Notes under the pieces: model-generated
What the model was told of the DNA's origin: nothing
Database searches by the model: none
Seen by the model: the letters and a program-made list of their open reading frames with translations, nothing else
DNA from: a virus
IMG/VR virus record: IMGVR_UViG_3300045988_131726
Length of the DNA: 64,000 bases
Reading direction: 5' to 3' (one strand)
Position numbers and translations under genes: made by a program
Shown: in pieces, positions 42,797-52,598 of the stretch
Numbering within the stretch: the first letter of the stretch is position 1
Layout: each line of letters opens with the position of its first letter

Positions 42797-42811
42797 AGTT
42801 GTAATTAATTA

Positions 42812-42845
42812 TAATAATAAAGGGAGGAGTATTTGCCTCCTCCCC
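42812..42845 (-). terminator. Rho-independent terminator after the portal gene
   Basis: Minus strand GGGAGGAG-GCAAATA-CTCCTCCC followed by TTTATTATTAT, starting 6 nt after the portal stop. Confidence 0.6.
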
Positions 42846-42850
42846 TAACT

Positions 42851-45247
42851 TTATTTACTAACATTAGATGATTTAGGCTTAGCACGTTTAATAGCAAGAT
42901 CTTTTTCTTTAATGTCTATCTCCTTTGATAACTTAGTTTTATCAAAAGCTAATCTTTCATTAAACTGCCTTATCTGTTCATCTAACTTCGCTCGTTCCAT
43001 AGAGTTGTCTTGGACTTCTGGGACTTCATTCTCTGCATTTCCAGATTGTTTAATATGCTCAATAAGAATCTTAGTATCATTATCACGCTGATTAATCATA
43101 TCTTGGAAATTCATCTCAGCCTGCTTCATTTCCATCTGAGTCTGCATTTGTTGCTGTGCTATTTCTTGTTCCTGCTGAGCTTGTTCCGCTTGACGTTCTT
43201 GAATAGCTTGCTCGTCTTTCTCAATAGTCCTACGAATCTCTGACAGAGATGATGAAGTATAAATCTTCATTATTGAAGAGAATGAGAGAGTTTGATTCTG
43301 CAAAGCAGCTTGTGCTAAAGCATCAAGTTTTGAAGCGAGATTCTGAGTATCAGGAGAGGCATCTACTACAATTCCATAGTCGCTATCTGCAAAAGTGTCT
43401 CCATCAATTTCAAGAGATTTTATAGCTCCATCAGAGGTAATATACTGGAATTTCTTATTTCTACCTCTCATAGCTATTTTAGCTGTCTCTAAGAAACATT
43501 CAAGAGCTCTTTTTTTAACATCATCATGCATCGTAAATAACCATTCTGTAATGTGAGAAGATTGTAAATTTGATCTTTCAACACCACCAACAGTTTCACG
43601 GTTACTAATCTGACCCTCTCTCTGTCGAGTAATACCAGCAACCTCTCCCATCTCATTTTTAATGAATTCTAGGAGATTAATATGTTCCTGAATATAATTA
43701 CCCTGTTCAGCATCTATAACTCCATTAGACTGAGTATTTAGAGCTCCTACAATCTTACCTTGAGCAGCTCCTCCACTTCCCTCCTTAAAGCTATCTGTAA
43801 CAGCAACATGATTTACTTTTGCATAGTATAACCACTTGTCTATTTCCCAACCTTTAGGAACCATAGCAAGATCTAGTTTTACAATTTTACCCCAGTTAGC
43901 AGCAATAGCTTTATTAAGTCTATCGTAGATAACATCGTAAAAATAAGCAAAAGGCTTCATCATATCTACTAAAGAGAAAGGCCTAGAATCATTAAGGTTA
44001 TACATAGATCCTACAATACCAAAATGACATCTAGATGGATTAGAAAGTCTATTATACTGTACTATCCTAGGTCTCATATTAACATAAATATCTGGACCTA
44101 TTTTAGTACCTTCCCATGCTTCGTTAATCCAAAAGATCTCTTCTTCTTCACCAGCATCTTTGTCTATAATATAGGTTTCTGGATAAAAATCAAAGAGCTC
44201 TTCGCCAGTCTCAGGATCATAAGACTTTACCTTCTTAATCTTTCTCTTACTCTTCCAATAAAGTCTTAATACTCTAATATTACCTTGGAGATCATAGTAA
44301 TTACTCGTTGCTGAAAACCCAGATTGTCCCATCAGTAGAAAATTCTCTATTACAGTACCTCCTGAAATATCTGTACCATCAATCTCAGCAGTATTGATAA
44401 AGGCATTTCTTTCATCAATGTTGTACATAGAATCACTACTAAAAGTACTAGCTAGTTTATCTATACTGTCAACATCTTTTTTAGATAGAACATCAAAGTA
44501 AGTATCTAAGATTCTACCTGGACTCCAAAAGTCTATAAGTATTATCAGATCTGCATCCTCAACTTTATTAGAAAAACCATTTTTGAAAATATGAACTTTT
44601 AAAGGATTAAGTCTTTCAAAAGTAGGCTCTCCCCCAACAATATCACATTGATAGATTTCCTCACCACAAATCATTGCATCCATAAACCCATCATTAAATA
44701 TTTTGGGTATGTTTAGCTCTTTCATGTAATGAGAAAGAACAGTACTAGCTCTCATTTCGATAATATCTTGCCATTGATAATCAAAATAGTAAGATAACTT
44801 ATCTAGTTCTTTATTAAACTCCTCCTCTGATAAGTTCTCATCTTCTATCATCGACTGAACTTGTTCTTGGAGCATTGCTAATTTACTACTCTCTATCTCT
44901 GAAATAGAATTGGGATTAGTTACAACAACTTTAAATTCGAATCTTCTCTTCGCTTCTTCTCCTTGGAGAACATGAAGCTTTGAGTTCATAATAGGGAAAT
45001 GCTGAATAGATTCTGGAACATATAATGCATTGACATTGTCTGGATTAAGAATTAACTCTACATCTCTCATATCTAAAACACCATTTATGAGATTATAGTT
45101 AATTCTCTTCTTCAACAGAGAATTTCGCACCATATTGCCAAAATAGTAAGTTCTACGGTCGGCCCAATCACAATGCTGTTTCCTCCATTCCTTCGTTTTC
45201 TTACTATAAGGAAGCATTTGCGGGGGTAAATTCTTTAAATCTATCAT
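42851..45247 (-). CDS. Portal protein (798 aa)
   Basis: Size and position immediately downstream of the large terminase. Gln/Glu-rich helical C-terminus. Assigned by synteny. Confidence 0.7.
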   Translation of the reverse strand: MIDLKNLPPQMLPYSKKTKEWRKQHCDWADRRTYYFGNMVRNSLLKKRINYNLINGVLDMRDVELILNPDNVNALYVPESIQHFPIMNSKLHVLQGEEAKRRFEFKVVVTNPNSISEIESSKLAMLQEQVQSMIEDENLSEEEFNKELDKLSYYFDYQWQDIIEMRASTVLSHYMKELNIPKIFNDGFMDAMICGEEIYQCDIVGGEPTFERLNPLKVHIFKNGFSNKVEDADLIILIDFWSPGRILDTYFDVLSKKDVDSIDKLASTFSSDSMYNIDERNAFINTAEIDGTDISGGTVIENFLLMGQSGFSATSNYYDLQGNIRVLRLYWKSKRKIKKVKSYDPETGEELFDFYPETYIIDKDAGEEEEIFWINEAWEGTKIGPDIYVNMRPRIVQYNRLSNPSRCHFGIVGSMYNLNDSRPFSLVDMMKPFAYFYDVIYDRLNKAIAANWGKIVKLDLAMVPKGWEIDKWLYYAKVNHVAVTDSFKEGSGGAAQGKIVGALNTQSNGVIDAEQGNYIQEHINLLEFIKNEMGEVAGITRQREGQISNRETVGGVERSNLQSSHITEWLFTMHDDVKKRALECFLETAKIAMRGRNKKFQYITSDGAIKSLEIDGDTFADSDYGIVVDASPDTQNLASKLDALAQAALQNQTLSFSSIMKIYTSSSLSEIRRTIEKDEQAIQERQAEQAQQEQEIAQQQMQTQMEMKQAEMNFQDMINQRDNDTKILIEHIKQSGNAENEVPEVQDNSMERAKLDEQIRQFNERLAFDKTKLSKEIDIKEKDLAIKRAKPKSSNVSK

Positions 45248-45271
45248 AGCATTAACTTAATTACATAATTT

Positions 45272-45308
45272 GTACAAAAATAAGTAATTATCTTTAGATT
45301 TCCAAGAC
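45272..45308 (-). promoter_or_regulatory. Bacteroidota-type promoter upstream of the portal gene
   Basis: Minus strand CTTGGAAATCTAAAGATAATTACTTATTTTTGTACA. -33-like TTGG, and a -7 box TATTTTTG (45282-45275). Confidence 0.45.
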
Positions 45309-45347
45309 GTTCAAAAGTTTACTAATATTTTTCATAAATATCTACTA

Positions 45348-47651
45348 CTAATTATCCTTATGTAGGTATTTAGCAAATCTATAATCATAGTTTCTAGTAA
45401 AGAAATCATCATTACCTAAGTAATCTGCTTGATCTACATTAATAACTTCAGAAGGGGATAAATTACCACAAAGCATGAGTTTTTGCTCTCTAAGTAACAT
45501 TAACATTAGTAAAGCATCATATCGGTCAAAGTTGCTATCTGGATTCCACATAGATAACTCCTTCATTAGAGCCCTATAATAACACCTATTAATGTTATTT
45601 ATAGTGATTTCTGCCTCTTCTTCATGCCCATCTATAGTAACCTTAGTAGTGATTTTAAAGGGCTTAAGTAGCCAATCTCTAATACATTTCCTACCATAGG
45701 TTTGAACTGGCTGAGTAGCATTTACACCACGAGCTTTATTACCAAAGAAATTACCTTTAACAATCTCCTTGTCTTTTAAAAACTCTGGTACTTCAGAGAG
45801 CAAATATAGACTATTAGTTTTTGCAAAATAAGTGAATAAGCCTTTCTTATTATTCTCATATAGCAGTTCAGCATTGTAAAATAAGCATATTCTACGACAT
45901 GTTTCATAAAAGTCATCTGCAAACATAGGACGTCCTGTATATTCACAAACTAATTCGTCAGTAAATAAATCTAAGACATATATTGATCCCAAAGACATAG
46001 TATCTGAAACGTCGTCGTCATAAACATCGGCGCCCGAAATATAACGTCCCCATGGTACTTTTCCATCAGAACCCTTAACAGGCATCTTATTAATGTGTAT
46101 AGCTCCCTCAATCTTATTGTCTTTATGAGGATAATCTAGAATAGGCTTAATATCTGCATCAGGAGTAAACTCTACTTTTCCTTCTCTAGTTTGAATAAGC
46201 CTTCCGACCCACATATCATCTAGACTCTTAGGATTCTGATCTAATTCTAGAATACGATCATTAAGCATATCCGAGGGGAAAATATTACTATCCCGACGCA
46301 TAATAGCATCGATAATAGTAAAGGCATACTCCGCTTTACGACGTGTAAGCTGAAGAGGATCTGAAGAGTTATACTTCAATTTATACCTTACTTGTAGTTC
46401 TTCAATAATAGCACCAACAACATCTGAAACACCATCTTTATTATAGAATCCCTTAGCATTCATATAACTAGGAAAGAAGTAAATAGTGCGCTTGGCAATA
46501 GCATTACCCTTATCGTAAACGTTAGGCAGAGAATAAACATTATAACCATCTGGATAATTAATCATCTCTAATGCACCAGTAAACTCAGAACCTTCAGATC
46601 CACCAGTCCCAATAGCATAAGCCATACCAAAAGCAATATTGCCTTCCTGAACATTAGGTAAAGACGTTTGCCATACATCCAAGAATTTATTGAAAGCACC
46701 GAACTCCTCATAAAATAACCTAATAGCACGCTTACCACGGGATTTATTAACATCGTCCTTAACAGCAAGCCCTAGAACTTCATTTTGAGAACCCTTGGGA
46801 ATACCAGTTTCACGATCTATATAGCCTGCAGTCCACTGCATATCAGATAAACTATTCTTTATTCGACCTCGTGGAAACTGAGTATAGGTATTACAAAAGT
46901 CTATACCATCTACAAACTTATTTAAAGTGCCATCCTTAATAAGGAATTCTTTTTGTGACGCAGCTACAATACAACTTACTTTCTCACAAACCGTATATGT
47001 TTCTCCCAGTAAAAACATTTTACAAAGAATAGAAGCAATACTATAAGACTTTCCCTTACCGCGAGCAGCAATTTCTACAGCATGTTTTCCACCATGGAAA
47101 TTATCGTACATCCCACCATTACGAGCTTGGTAAAGATAATGAAACCTTAAATAAATACCTTCCCAGACTTCAGGAAAGTCTACAACACGATCTCCAATCT
47201 TAGATCCCTTACGTATCTTGGTTTGAACCATAGGGAAATAATTTAAATAAAAATACATTTCCCCAGGAATCCATTCACCATCTTCTGGACGAACTAATCC
47301 ATTAAAACATCTATCTATTTCCCTAGAAAGAAGCTTACCAAAGTCAGACTGAGGATTCGGATTCGGTAAAAGATTTGTAAAACACCCATACTTCTTATAG
47401 TGAAGTGCCATAGGACGAAAATAATCCATATCTGTGAGAATATGAGGCTTACATAAATCAACAATAATCCTCCCATAAGAATCCCGAGGTAAATCCTTAG
47501 CATAAGGACGCTCTGGAGACATAAGCCACTTTATATAAGGAATGGATGAATAAATATCTAAAAATTGCTCCCAAACTTCTGGAGTTAAAGAATTCTTTAA
47601 TTCATCTGTAATGGGAGTCTGAAACTCATTCGTTGCGATTAGCGTTTCCAT
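45348..47651 (-). CDS. terL: Terminase large subunit
   Basis: 767 aa. Walker A-like AARGKGKS. Position upstream of the portal gene. Confidence 0.8.
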   Translation of the reverse strand: METLIATNEFQTPITDELKNSLTPEVWEQFLDIYSSIPYIKWLMSPERPYAKDLPRDSYGRIIVDLCKPHILTDMDYFRPMALHYKKYGCFTNLLPNPNPQSDFGKLLSREIDRCFNGLVRPEDGEWIPGEMYFYLNYFPMVQTKIRKGSKIGDRVVDFPEVWEGIYLRFHYLYQARNGGMYDNFHGGKHAVEIAARGKGKSYSIASILCKMFLLGETYTVCEKVSCIVAASQKEFLIKDGTLNKFVDGIDFCNTYTQFPRGRIKNSLSDMQWTAGYIDRETGIPKGSQNEVLGLAVKDDVNKSRGKRAIRLFYEEFGAFNKFLDVWQTSLPNVQEGNIAFGMAYAIGTGGSEGSEFTGALEMINYPDGYNVYSLPNVYDKGNAIAKRTIYFFPSYMNAKGFYNKDGVSDVVGAIIEELQVRYKLKYNSSDPLQLTRRKAEYAFTIIDAIMRRDSNIFPSDMLNDRILELDQNPKSLDDMWVGRLIQTREGKVEFTPDADIKPILDYPHKDNKIEGAIHINKMPVKGSDGKVPWGRYISGADVYDDDVSDTMSLGSIYVLDLFTDELVCEYTGRPMFADDFYETCRRICLFYNAELLYENNKKGLFTYFAKTNSLYLLSEVPEFLKDKEIVKGNFFGNKARGVNATQPVQTYGRKCIRDWLLKPFKITTKVTIDGHEEEAEITINNINRCYYRALMKELSMWNPDSNFDRYDALLMLMLLREQKLMLCGNLSPSEVINVDQADYLGNDDFFTRNYDYRFAKYLHKDN

Positions 47652-48216
47652 TGCTATTTAAAAAATTACTAATCCCATCATCCAAAATGGACTTTTGCTT
47701 CAATCCTCGCATAGTACCCATATCTTCAATTTCTTTAGATACTGCTTTTTCAGCATCCGCAAGCTCCTTAACAAGACTAGGGACTTGTTTTACTGCGGTC
47801 ATAACTTGACCTATATTAAACACTAGTTTACCATTAGCGTCTTTCTCTGTTAAATCTATAGATCTAAAAGTATTACGAATATTATCGATAATAACTCTTG
47901 TATCTTGTAATAGTAAAGAAGAAGATGTTGTAGTTAGGTATTTATAAAGTTCTATAGCTTCTAAAACCTGCTTATCTGGTTTCCAATCAGCTTCTAATCC
48001 TATACTATCTTTAACACGTAAATCTCTGTCTGCCTCTATAATTTCGAAGGAAAAATCTGACCTTGGATCGTACATAAAGTACAAGTAAGCTAACTCTTTC
48101 ATAGCCCTTGTTTTATCCTTAGTTCTGTCCCTATCTACAAGTTTCTTAAATGGCCTTAGAGCATAAGCTTCTTCAGAAATCTTTAAATTATAGTCCTTAT
48201 ATGTAAATAGCTTCAT
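47626..48216 (-). CDS. Hypothetical protein upstream of terL (196 aa; small-terminase position)
   Basis: ORF overlapping the terL start. No motif recognised, so function is not assigned. Confidence 0.45.
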   Translation of the reverse strand: MKLFTYKDYNLKISEEAYALRPFKKLVDRDRTKDKTRAMKELAYLYFMYDPRSDFSFEIIEADRDLRVKDSIGLEADWKPDKQVLEAIELYKYLTTTSSSLLLQDTRVIIDNIRNTFRSIDLTEKDANGKLVFNIGQVMTAVKQVPSLVKELADAEKAVSKEIEDMGTMRGLKQKSILDDGISNFLNSNGNANRNE

Positions 48217-48219
48217 ATC

Positions 48220-48248
48220 AAAAAAGCTCCCTACTTGTGATAGGGAGC
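48220..48248 (-). terminator. Rho-independent terminator ending the chaperonin unit
   Basis: Minus strand GCTCCCTA-TCACAAG-TAGGGAGC followed by TTTTTT, directly after the stop of the GroES-like gene. Confidence 0.65.
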
Positions 48249-48254
48249 GTTAAA

Positions 48255-48734
48255 TTAACATACTAGTTTCTTAGCCTTCGGAGGAGTAACTTCTGTTACT
48301 TCCCAATCAAATTCATCCACTTTGAAGAAGATATTAGCACTATCAATAAGCAATGCAATCTTACCATCTATCTCAAACATGGGGATCTCAAAATCTAGAG
48401 TTTCATTATAAAACTCATCAGGCATGTCTGCTTTAGTGGAATCTTTAGTGTAACGCTTCCGAGCGTACTTTGAGAAGTCAATCTGTACTAGATCACCAGG
48501 TTTATACTCTCGTACCCCAGGTCCTACAGCAATAACTTCCTGTACTTCTTTAAGCATACCTACAGAGTCTTTTTCAATAAGACCTGCTTCACTTACACAC
48601 TCTTCCTCAGTGTAAGTATTAGATGTCACTATCATCTTTGTGAACGGAGGTGTCACCTTCTTTATCTTGAACTGCTTTCTCTGCATACTCTTTAAATCTT
48701 TTATTAAGGAATTGAGCTCGGGAATATGTTGCAT
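48255..48734 (-). CDS. groES: GroES / T4 gp31-like co-chaperonin
   Basis: Three segments parallel GroES: KVTPPFTKMIVT to RPLHDRVIVKR, EVQEVIAVGPG to GEVVAVGPG, and GDLVQIDFSKY...IDGKIALLIDSANIFFKV to GDKVLFSKYAG...IDGEEYLILRESDILAVI. The start is uncertain (M1 or M17). It overlaps the upstream ORF. Confidence 0.6.
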   Translation of the reverse strand: MQHIPELNSLIKDLKSMQRKQFKIKKVTPPFTKMIVTSNTYTEEECVSEAGLIEKDSVGMLKEVQEVIAVGPGVREYKPGDLVQIDFSKYARKRYTKDSTKADMPDEFYNETLDFEIPMFEIDGKIALLIDSANIFFKVDEFDWEVTEVTPPKAKKLVC

Positions 48735-48942
48735 AAAACTTGCCTAAGCTAGGAACATTAATGCTAGTTTGCATCTTTGTAAACTCTTCTTCTGTCATTT
48801 CCTCATTTACAGGAACATTTTCCAATGTATCCTTAACCCAATTCCAATATTCTCTATAAGCTATTTCTACTACGTCATCTGGCATATCTAATTTCTTAGC
48901 AGCAGCCAAAATTATGTCTTGGAGAGTCTTATTATTTATCAT
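48619..48942 (-). CDS. Hypothetical protein (107 aa)
   Basis: ORF. NVPSLGKFYATYSRAQ is faintly HU-like, so no function is assigned. Confidence 0.4.
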   Translation of the reverse strand: MINNKTLQDIILAAAKKLDMPDDVVEIAYREYWNWVKDTLENVPVNEEMTEEEFTKMQTSINVPSLGKFYATYSRAQFLNKRFKEYAEKAVQDKEGDTSVHKDDSDI

Positions 48943-49366
48943 AACTAATCCTAAAATTTAGTAATAGCCTATAAGAGTCCTCTTCATATTCTAAAGAGGG
49001 AATGTATCTTTTACTAATTGTATTATTAGTAATAACTCCTGCTTTTCGTAGATTTGTTAATACTGACTGAAAGTTTCCCGGAGATATGCCTAAGCTTCCT
49101 ACAATACCTTTTTTAATCTCATCAGTAAATAAAACTTTATCCAGTATATCATCATCTGTAATTGTTCTAGATAACTCAAATCTACGTTGTAATAATGCTG
49201 CTAACACTGTAAGTTCTCTACCAGGTAATCTATGTAAAGGTTTTAGAAACTCTAACCATAATTTAAAAAAATTAAGATTAGTAGGTTTTAAATTAGTAGA
49301 AATAGATACAATGTCAGTATTCTTAGTCATATCTCTCTTACTCATTACTCTACTTTCTTCTGGCAA
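48932..49366 (-). CDS. Putative winged-helix DNA-binding protein (144 aa)
   Basis: GISPGNFQSVLTNLRKAGVI resembles a helix-turn-helix recognition segment. Confidence 0.4.
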   Translation of the reverse strand: MPEESRVMSKRDMTKNTDIVSISTNLKPTNLNFFKLWLEFLKPLHRLPGRELTVLAALLQRRFELSRTITDDDILDKVLFTDEIKKGIVGSLGISPGNFQSVLTNLRKAGVITNNTISKRYIPSLEYEEDSYRLLLNFRISYDK

Positions 49367-49668
49367 TCGCAGCTAGGCTCGCATGAGGAATTCTCAGGCT
49401 CAGCTTCTTTAATAGTAAGCATATCCTCAATGCTGTTAATAGCATCACTTACGAAATCCTCATTAAAGAGCTCCTTATACTTAAGTACACTAAACAAACT
49501 ATCTATTCGCTTACCCATAACAACTTCCATAGCTCTGTTGTACTCTACCATAAGACGATTATACTCCTTTTGAAGAGTCTGTAGCTGCGTCTGAAGATTA
49601 CTTGCAATGTCCTTAACTTGATCATAAGTGAGCTTTTCCTGCTGTTTTACTTCTATATTCTTTGCCAT
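49345..49668 (-). CDS. Hypothetical coiled-coil protein (107 aa)
   Basis: ORF with heptad-like sequence. Confidence 0.4.
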   Translation of the reverse strand: MAKNIEVKQQEKLTYDQVKDIASNLQTQLQTLQKEYNRLMVEYNRAMEVVMGKRIDSLFSVLKYKELFNEDFVSDAINSIEDMLTIKEAEPENSSCEPSCDCQKKVE

Positions 49669-49670
49669 AA

Positions 49671-49928
49671 TTAAAAATTTTTACCATATTTAGCTCTATA
49701 GAGAGCATTCCATTCATTAATAGATGTTGTAGATATATCTGTACTACCACAATCATTACAATATTCAGAGATGCCTGATTCATTATAGGCCATAATTGCT
49801 AAACTAAGGCACTTTTTACAGTAGAATACAGGCTCTCTATTATAGTCCTCTTTACTCCACTTAACCTTCTCAAAATCGGAAGGAGACTGCAGAGGAGGAC
49901 ATTTAGGCTTAATTAATTCTCCTTCCAT
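49671..49928 (-). CDS. Small zinc-ribbon protein (85 aa)
   Basis: CKKCLS...CNDCGS cysteine pairs. Confidence 0.45.
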   Translation of the reverse strand: MEGELIKPKCPPLQSPSDFEKVKWSKEDYNREPVFYCKKCLSLAIMAYNESGISEYCNDCGSTDISTTSINEWNALYRAKYGKNF

Positions 49929-50197
49929 TGTTTAAGATATTGATTAAAATCTATTTTTCTAAAAGCGTCAATAATTCTTAATTCAGTAGAACTAATATTC
50001 TTCTCTGTCATATCCTCAGATTCATCACTTACTATAAAAAGTGTCTGAAATCCTTTATCATATAAGAGTTGAAGCTCTAGACCAATAGATACTTTATTAT
50101 TTTCAACTGAGAATGGACCCCATAATATTAACTTATAGGGAGGAGTATAAGCTTCATTAAACGCCTCAATATAAGCTGTTAGATGTTTCATTCTCAT
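49913..50197 (-). CDS. Hypothetical protein (94 aa)
   Basis: ORF overlapping the GroEL gene stop. Confidence 0.4.
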   Translation of the reverse strand: MRMKHLTAYIEAFNEAYTPPYKLILWGPFSVENNKVSIGLELQLLYDKGFQTLFIVSDESEDMTEKNISSTELRIIDAFRKIDFNQYLKQWKEN

Positions 50198-51680
50198 TAA
50201 TTATTACACATTTAGTAGATAAGAACATATATGCTACAGAAAGTGCATTCTCTATAGAGACTCTTGTTACTTTAGCAGGGTCTAAAATATTAGACTCTAA
50301 AGCATCTTCATAATAGATAGGCATAGTGTCAAGAATAAGCTTTCTACATGCCATGAGAGCTTTAGCTAAAATATAATATCCCTTCTTCTCTAAAGCCTTA
50401 GAGATATCTTCCTGTATAATACCTGCTCCTACAACTACTCCTTCTTCAATAGCAGCTCTAGTAGCACATACTGCATCCTCAATCCTATCTTTCTTCTCAG
50501 ACATTTCAATTTCTGTAGGTGCTCCTACATAAATAACAGATACTCCACCAGATAATTTAGCAATTCGAGATTTAATATCATCTATAAGATATTTAGGATA
50601 ATCATTTTTTAATGACTCCTTAAGCATCTCTACTCTTGCTTTAATTGATTCATTGGCTTCTGTTGAACCAATAATAGTGGTATTATCTGAGGTCACTACG
50701 ACTCTTTTAACTGTACTTAACTTAATATCATCTGTTGATGATGGATATCCCTTTAAAGGTATAGTAGGTAGTTTATCGTATACTGGAGATCCTGTAATTA
50801 TTGAAATATCTTCTAAAAGATCTTTCTTATATTCACCTACACCAGGTGCTCGAATTGCTGCTATTTTAAGCAATCCTCTTTGGACATTCCTAACTATAGC
50901 ATTAATCACTTCAGGTGAGTAGTCATTAGCTATAAGTAGGATTTCTTCATTGTCTTGTACTACATATTCAAGGATTGAGAATAGATCCTTAACATTATTT
51001 AGAATACCATTATAAATTAGTACTCTAGGATTATTTAATACTACTGCTCTATTGGCAGGGTCATTGATAAAATAAGGGGAGATATATCCCTTATTAATCT
51101 GCATCCCCTCTACGGTTTCGGCATATGTATCAAAGCCATTAGACTCTTCTAGAGTAATAACACCATCATATCCTATCTTTGATATAACATCTGCAATTAG
51201 CGTACCTATAAATTCATCTCCATTAGCAGAAATAGTAGCTATATGCTTGATGCTATCCGGAGTATCACCAACTTTGGTGGCTAGGGATTTAATAACCTCC
51301 CTAGCAACCTCATTGGATTTCTCTAACTCCTCTCTTATAGCTTTAGGATCTGCACCTGCGACAAGTTGCTGATAGATGAGATTGATTAAAGCTTGAGCGA
51401 TGATAGTTGATGTTGTAGTTCCATCTCCTGCCATATCTGCTGTCTTAGCAGCAGCTTCTTTGACAAGCTGTACACCTACATCATATAGTGGCTCTGAAGA
51501 ATTTATAGCTCTGGCTACAGTAACACCATCTTTCGTAACCTTTGGATAGTTATCCTCATATATAACTACTGTATTACCTTTAGGTCCGAAGGTAACCTTT
51601 ACAGCATCTGCTAAAAGGTCAACTCCTTTCTTAACCTCAGAAAGGGCATCTAAGCCAAATACTATATCTTTACTCTTCAT
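50166..51680 (-). CDS. groEL: GroEL-family chaperonin (Cpn60), phage-encoded
   Basis: Collinear with E. coli GroEL: LADAVKVTFGPKG, TKDGVTVAR, MAGDGTTTSTIIAQA, ISANGDEFIG, VEGMQINKGYISPYF, IAAIRAPGVG, EDISIITG, GVVVGAG. At 504 aa it lacks the C-terminal GGM tail. Confidence 0.85.
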   Translation of the reverse strand: MKSKDIVFGLDALSEVKKGVDLLADAVKVTFGPKGNTVVIYEDNYPKVTKDGVTVARAINSSEPLYDVGVQLVKEAAAKTADMAGDGTTTSTIIAQALINLIYQQLVAGADPKAIREELEKSNEVAREVIKSLATKVGDTPDSIKHIATISANGDEFIGTLIADVISKIGYDGVITLEESNGFDTYAETVEGMQINKGYISPYFINDPANRAVVLNNPRVLIYNGILNNVKDLFSILEYVVQDNEEILLIANDYSPEVINAIVRNVQRGLLKIAAIRAPGVGEYKKDLLEDISIITGSPVYDKLPTIPLKGYPSSTDDIKLSTVKRVVVTSDNTTIIGSTEANESIKARVEMLKESLKNDYPKYLIDDIKSRIAKLSGGVSVIYVGAPTEIEMSEKKDRIEDAVCATRAAIEEGVVVGAGIIQEDISKALEKKGYYILAKALMACRKLILDTMPIYYEDALESNILDPAKVTRVSIENALSVAYMFLSTKCVIINENETSNSLY

Positions 51681-51681
51681 A

Positions 51682-52074
51682 TTAAAGTAGCTTACTAATA
51701 AGTTTATTCATTTCAGTAACAGCGTCTGCCAGTTCCTTAACTAAGGCTTTTGAATCAGCAGGACTAAATTCATCTTCTGTTAAATCTTCAGGAACCTCCT
51801 CATCCTTTCCCTTATCAAGACATTCTCTATGAAGAATAAACCAGGACATACTGTGAATATCCTCTTGTGAAGGAGTATATTCTACTTCTCCAATAGGACT
51901 CACCAGCATTAGCATAGGCTTCTTAGGATACTCACAATCTACACGAGGTAGGACTTCCATAATTACACTGCCAATTGAGGCATATTTAGACTTTGTCATG
52001 ACTAGATTGTCAGGGTCCTCCAGAATTTTACCTAAGGCTTCACTAAAGGTGTAATACTTTCTTCTTGCTTCCAT
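51682..52074 (-). CDS. Hypothetical acidic protein (130 aa)
   Basis: ORF 1 nt upstream of the GroEL gene. Confidence 0.45.
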   Translation of the reverse strand: MEARRKYYTFSEALGKILEDPDNLVMTKSKYASIGSVIMEVLPRVDCEYPKKPMLMLVSPIGEVEYTPSQEDIHSMSWFILHRECLDKGKDEEVPEDLTEDEFSPADSKALVKELADAVTEMNKLISKLL

Positions 52075-52087
52075 AATTAATTATTGA

Positions 52088-52270
52088 TTATTTCTCCTTA
52101 TTTACTACTTCCTTGCCAAACTTATCAATAGCCCAGTAGGAAGCGATACCTGCAGCATAACTGCACAGACTCAATAATGTCCCATAAAAAGGGACAATTT
52201 TAATCATTGCGGCAACAGCTAAAACAACAGCTGTGCCAATCCCAATTTTAATCCAAGTTTTCTTGCTCAT
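52088..52270 (-). CDS. Small membrane protein (60 aa)
   Basis: The track ORF (to 52333) is trimmed to ATG 52270 because its 5' part overlaps the tRNA. MSKKTWIKIGIGTAVVLAVAAMIKIVPFYGTLLSLCSYAAGIASYWAI contains two hydrophobic segments. Confidence 0.45.
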   Translation of the reverse strand: MSKKTWIKIGIGTAVVLAVAAMIKIVPFYGTLLSLCSYAAGIASYWAIDKFGKEVVNKEK

Positions 52271-52288
52271 AAAGTTAAAATTAATTAG

Positions 52289-52359
52289 CTGGGATAGAAG
52301 GAATCGAACCTTCTCCGAGTGGTTAATGACCACTTACTCTACCTTCGAGCTATATCCCA
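52289..52359 (-). tRNA. tRNA with atypical anticodon loop UCAUUAA (formal anticodon AUU)
   Basis: Minus-strand cloverleaf: acceptor TGGGATA/TATCCCA, D arm GCTC-GAAGGTA-GAGT, anticodon stem AGTGG/CCACT with loop TCATTAA, T arm GAAGG-TTCGATT-CCTTC. Confidence 0.6.
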
Positions 52360-52561
52360 AAGAAAGGGTTTTATGGACTTTGTAAAGAACTTTACATTAC
52401 CAAGGGTACCCCTAACCCGTGCCAGCAGAGAACCTGCTGCATTTGACATTATGAAAAAGTATTTATGACAACCGCTTAGTAGGCTCCCCTACCTCACCCT
52501 ATTTCTTAACTTTACCTTTACCCTTCTTTTTACAAGCCATATCTCTTATCTTTTAAATTTC

Positions 52562-52598
52562 TTGCAATATACGAAAAATATTTCACATTTCCAAATAT
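52562..52598 (-). promoter_or_regulatory. Bacteroidota-type promoter (recurrent phage motif) driving the tRNA/chaperonin unit
   Basis: Minus strand TATTTGGAAATGTGAAATATTTTTCGTATATTGCAAG. TTTG, then 20 nt, then TATATTGC. Confidence 0.5.

Noticed and set aside
52271-52333. N-terminal 21 codons of track ORF 52088-52333.
   Set aside because: This part overlaps the minus-strand tRNA (52289-52359). The ORF was trimmed to ATG 52270.
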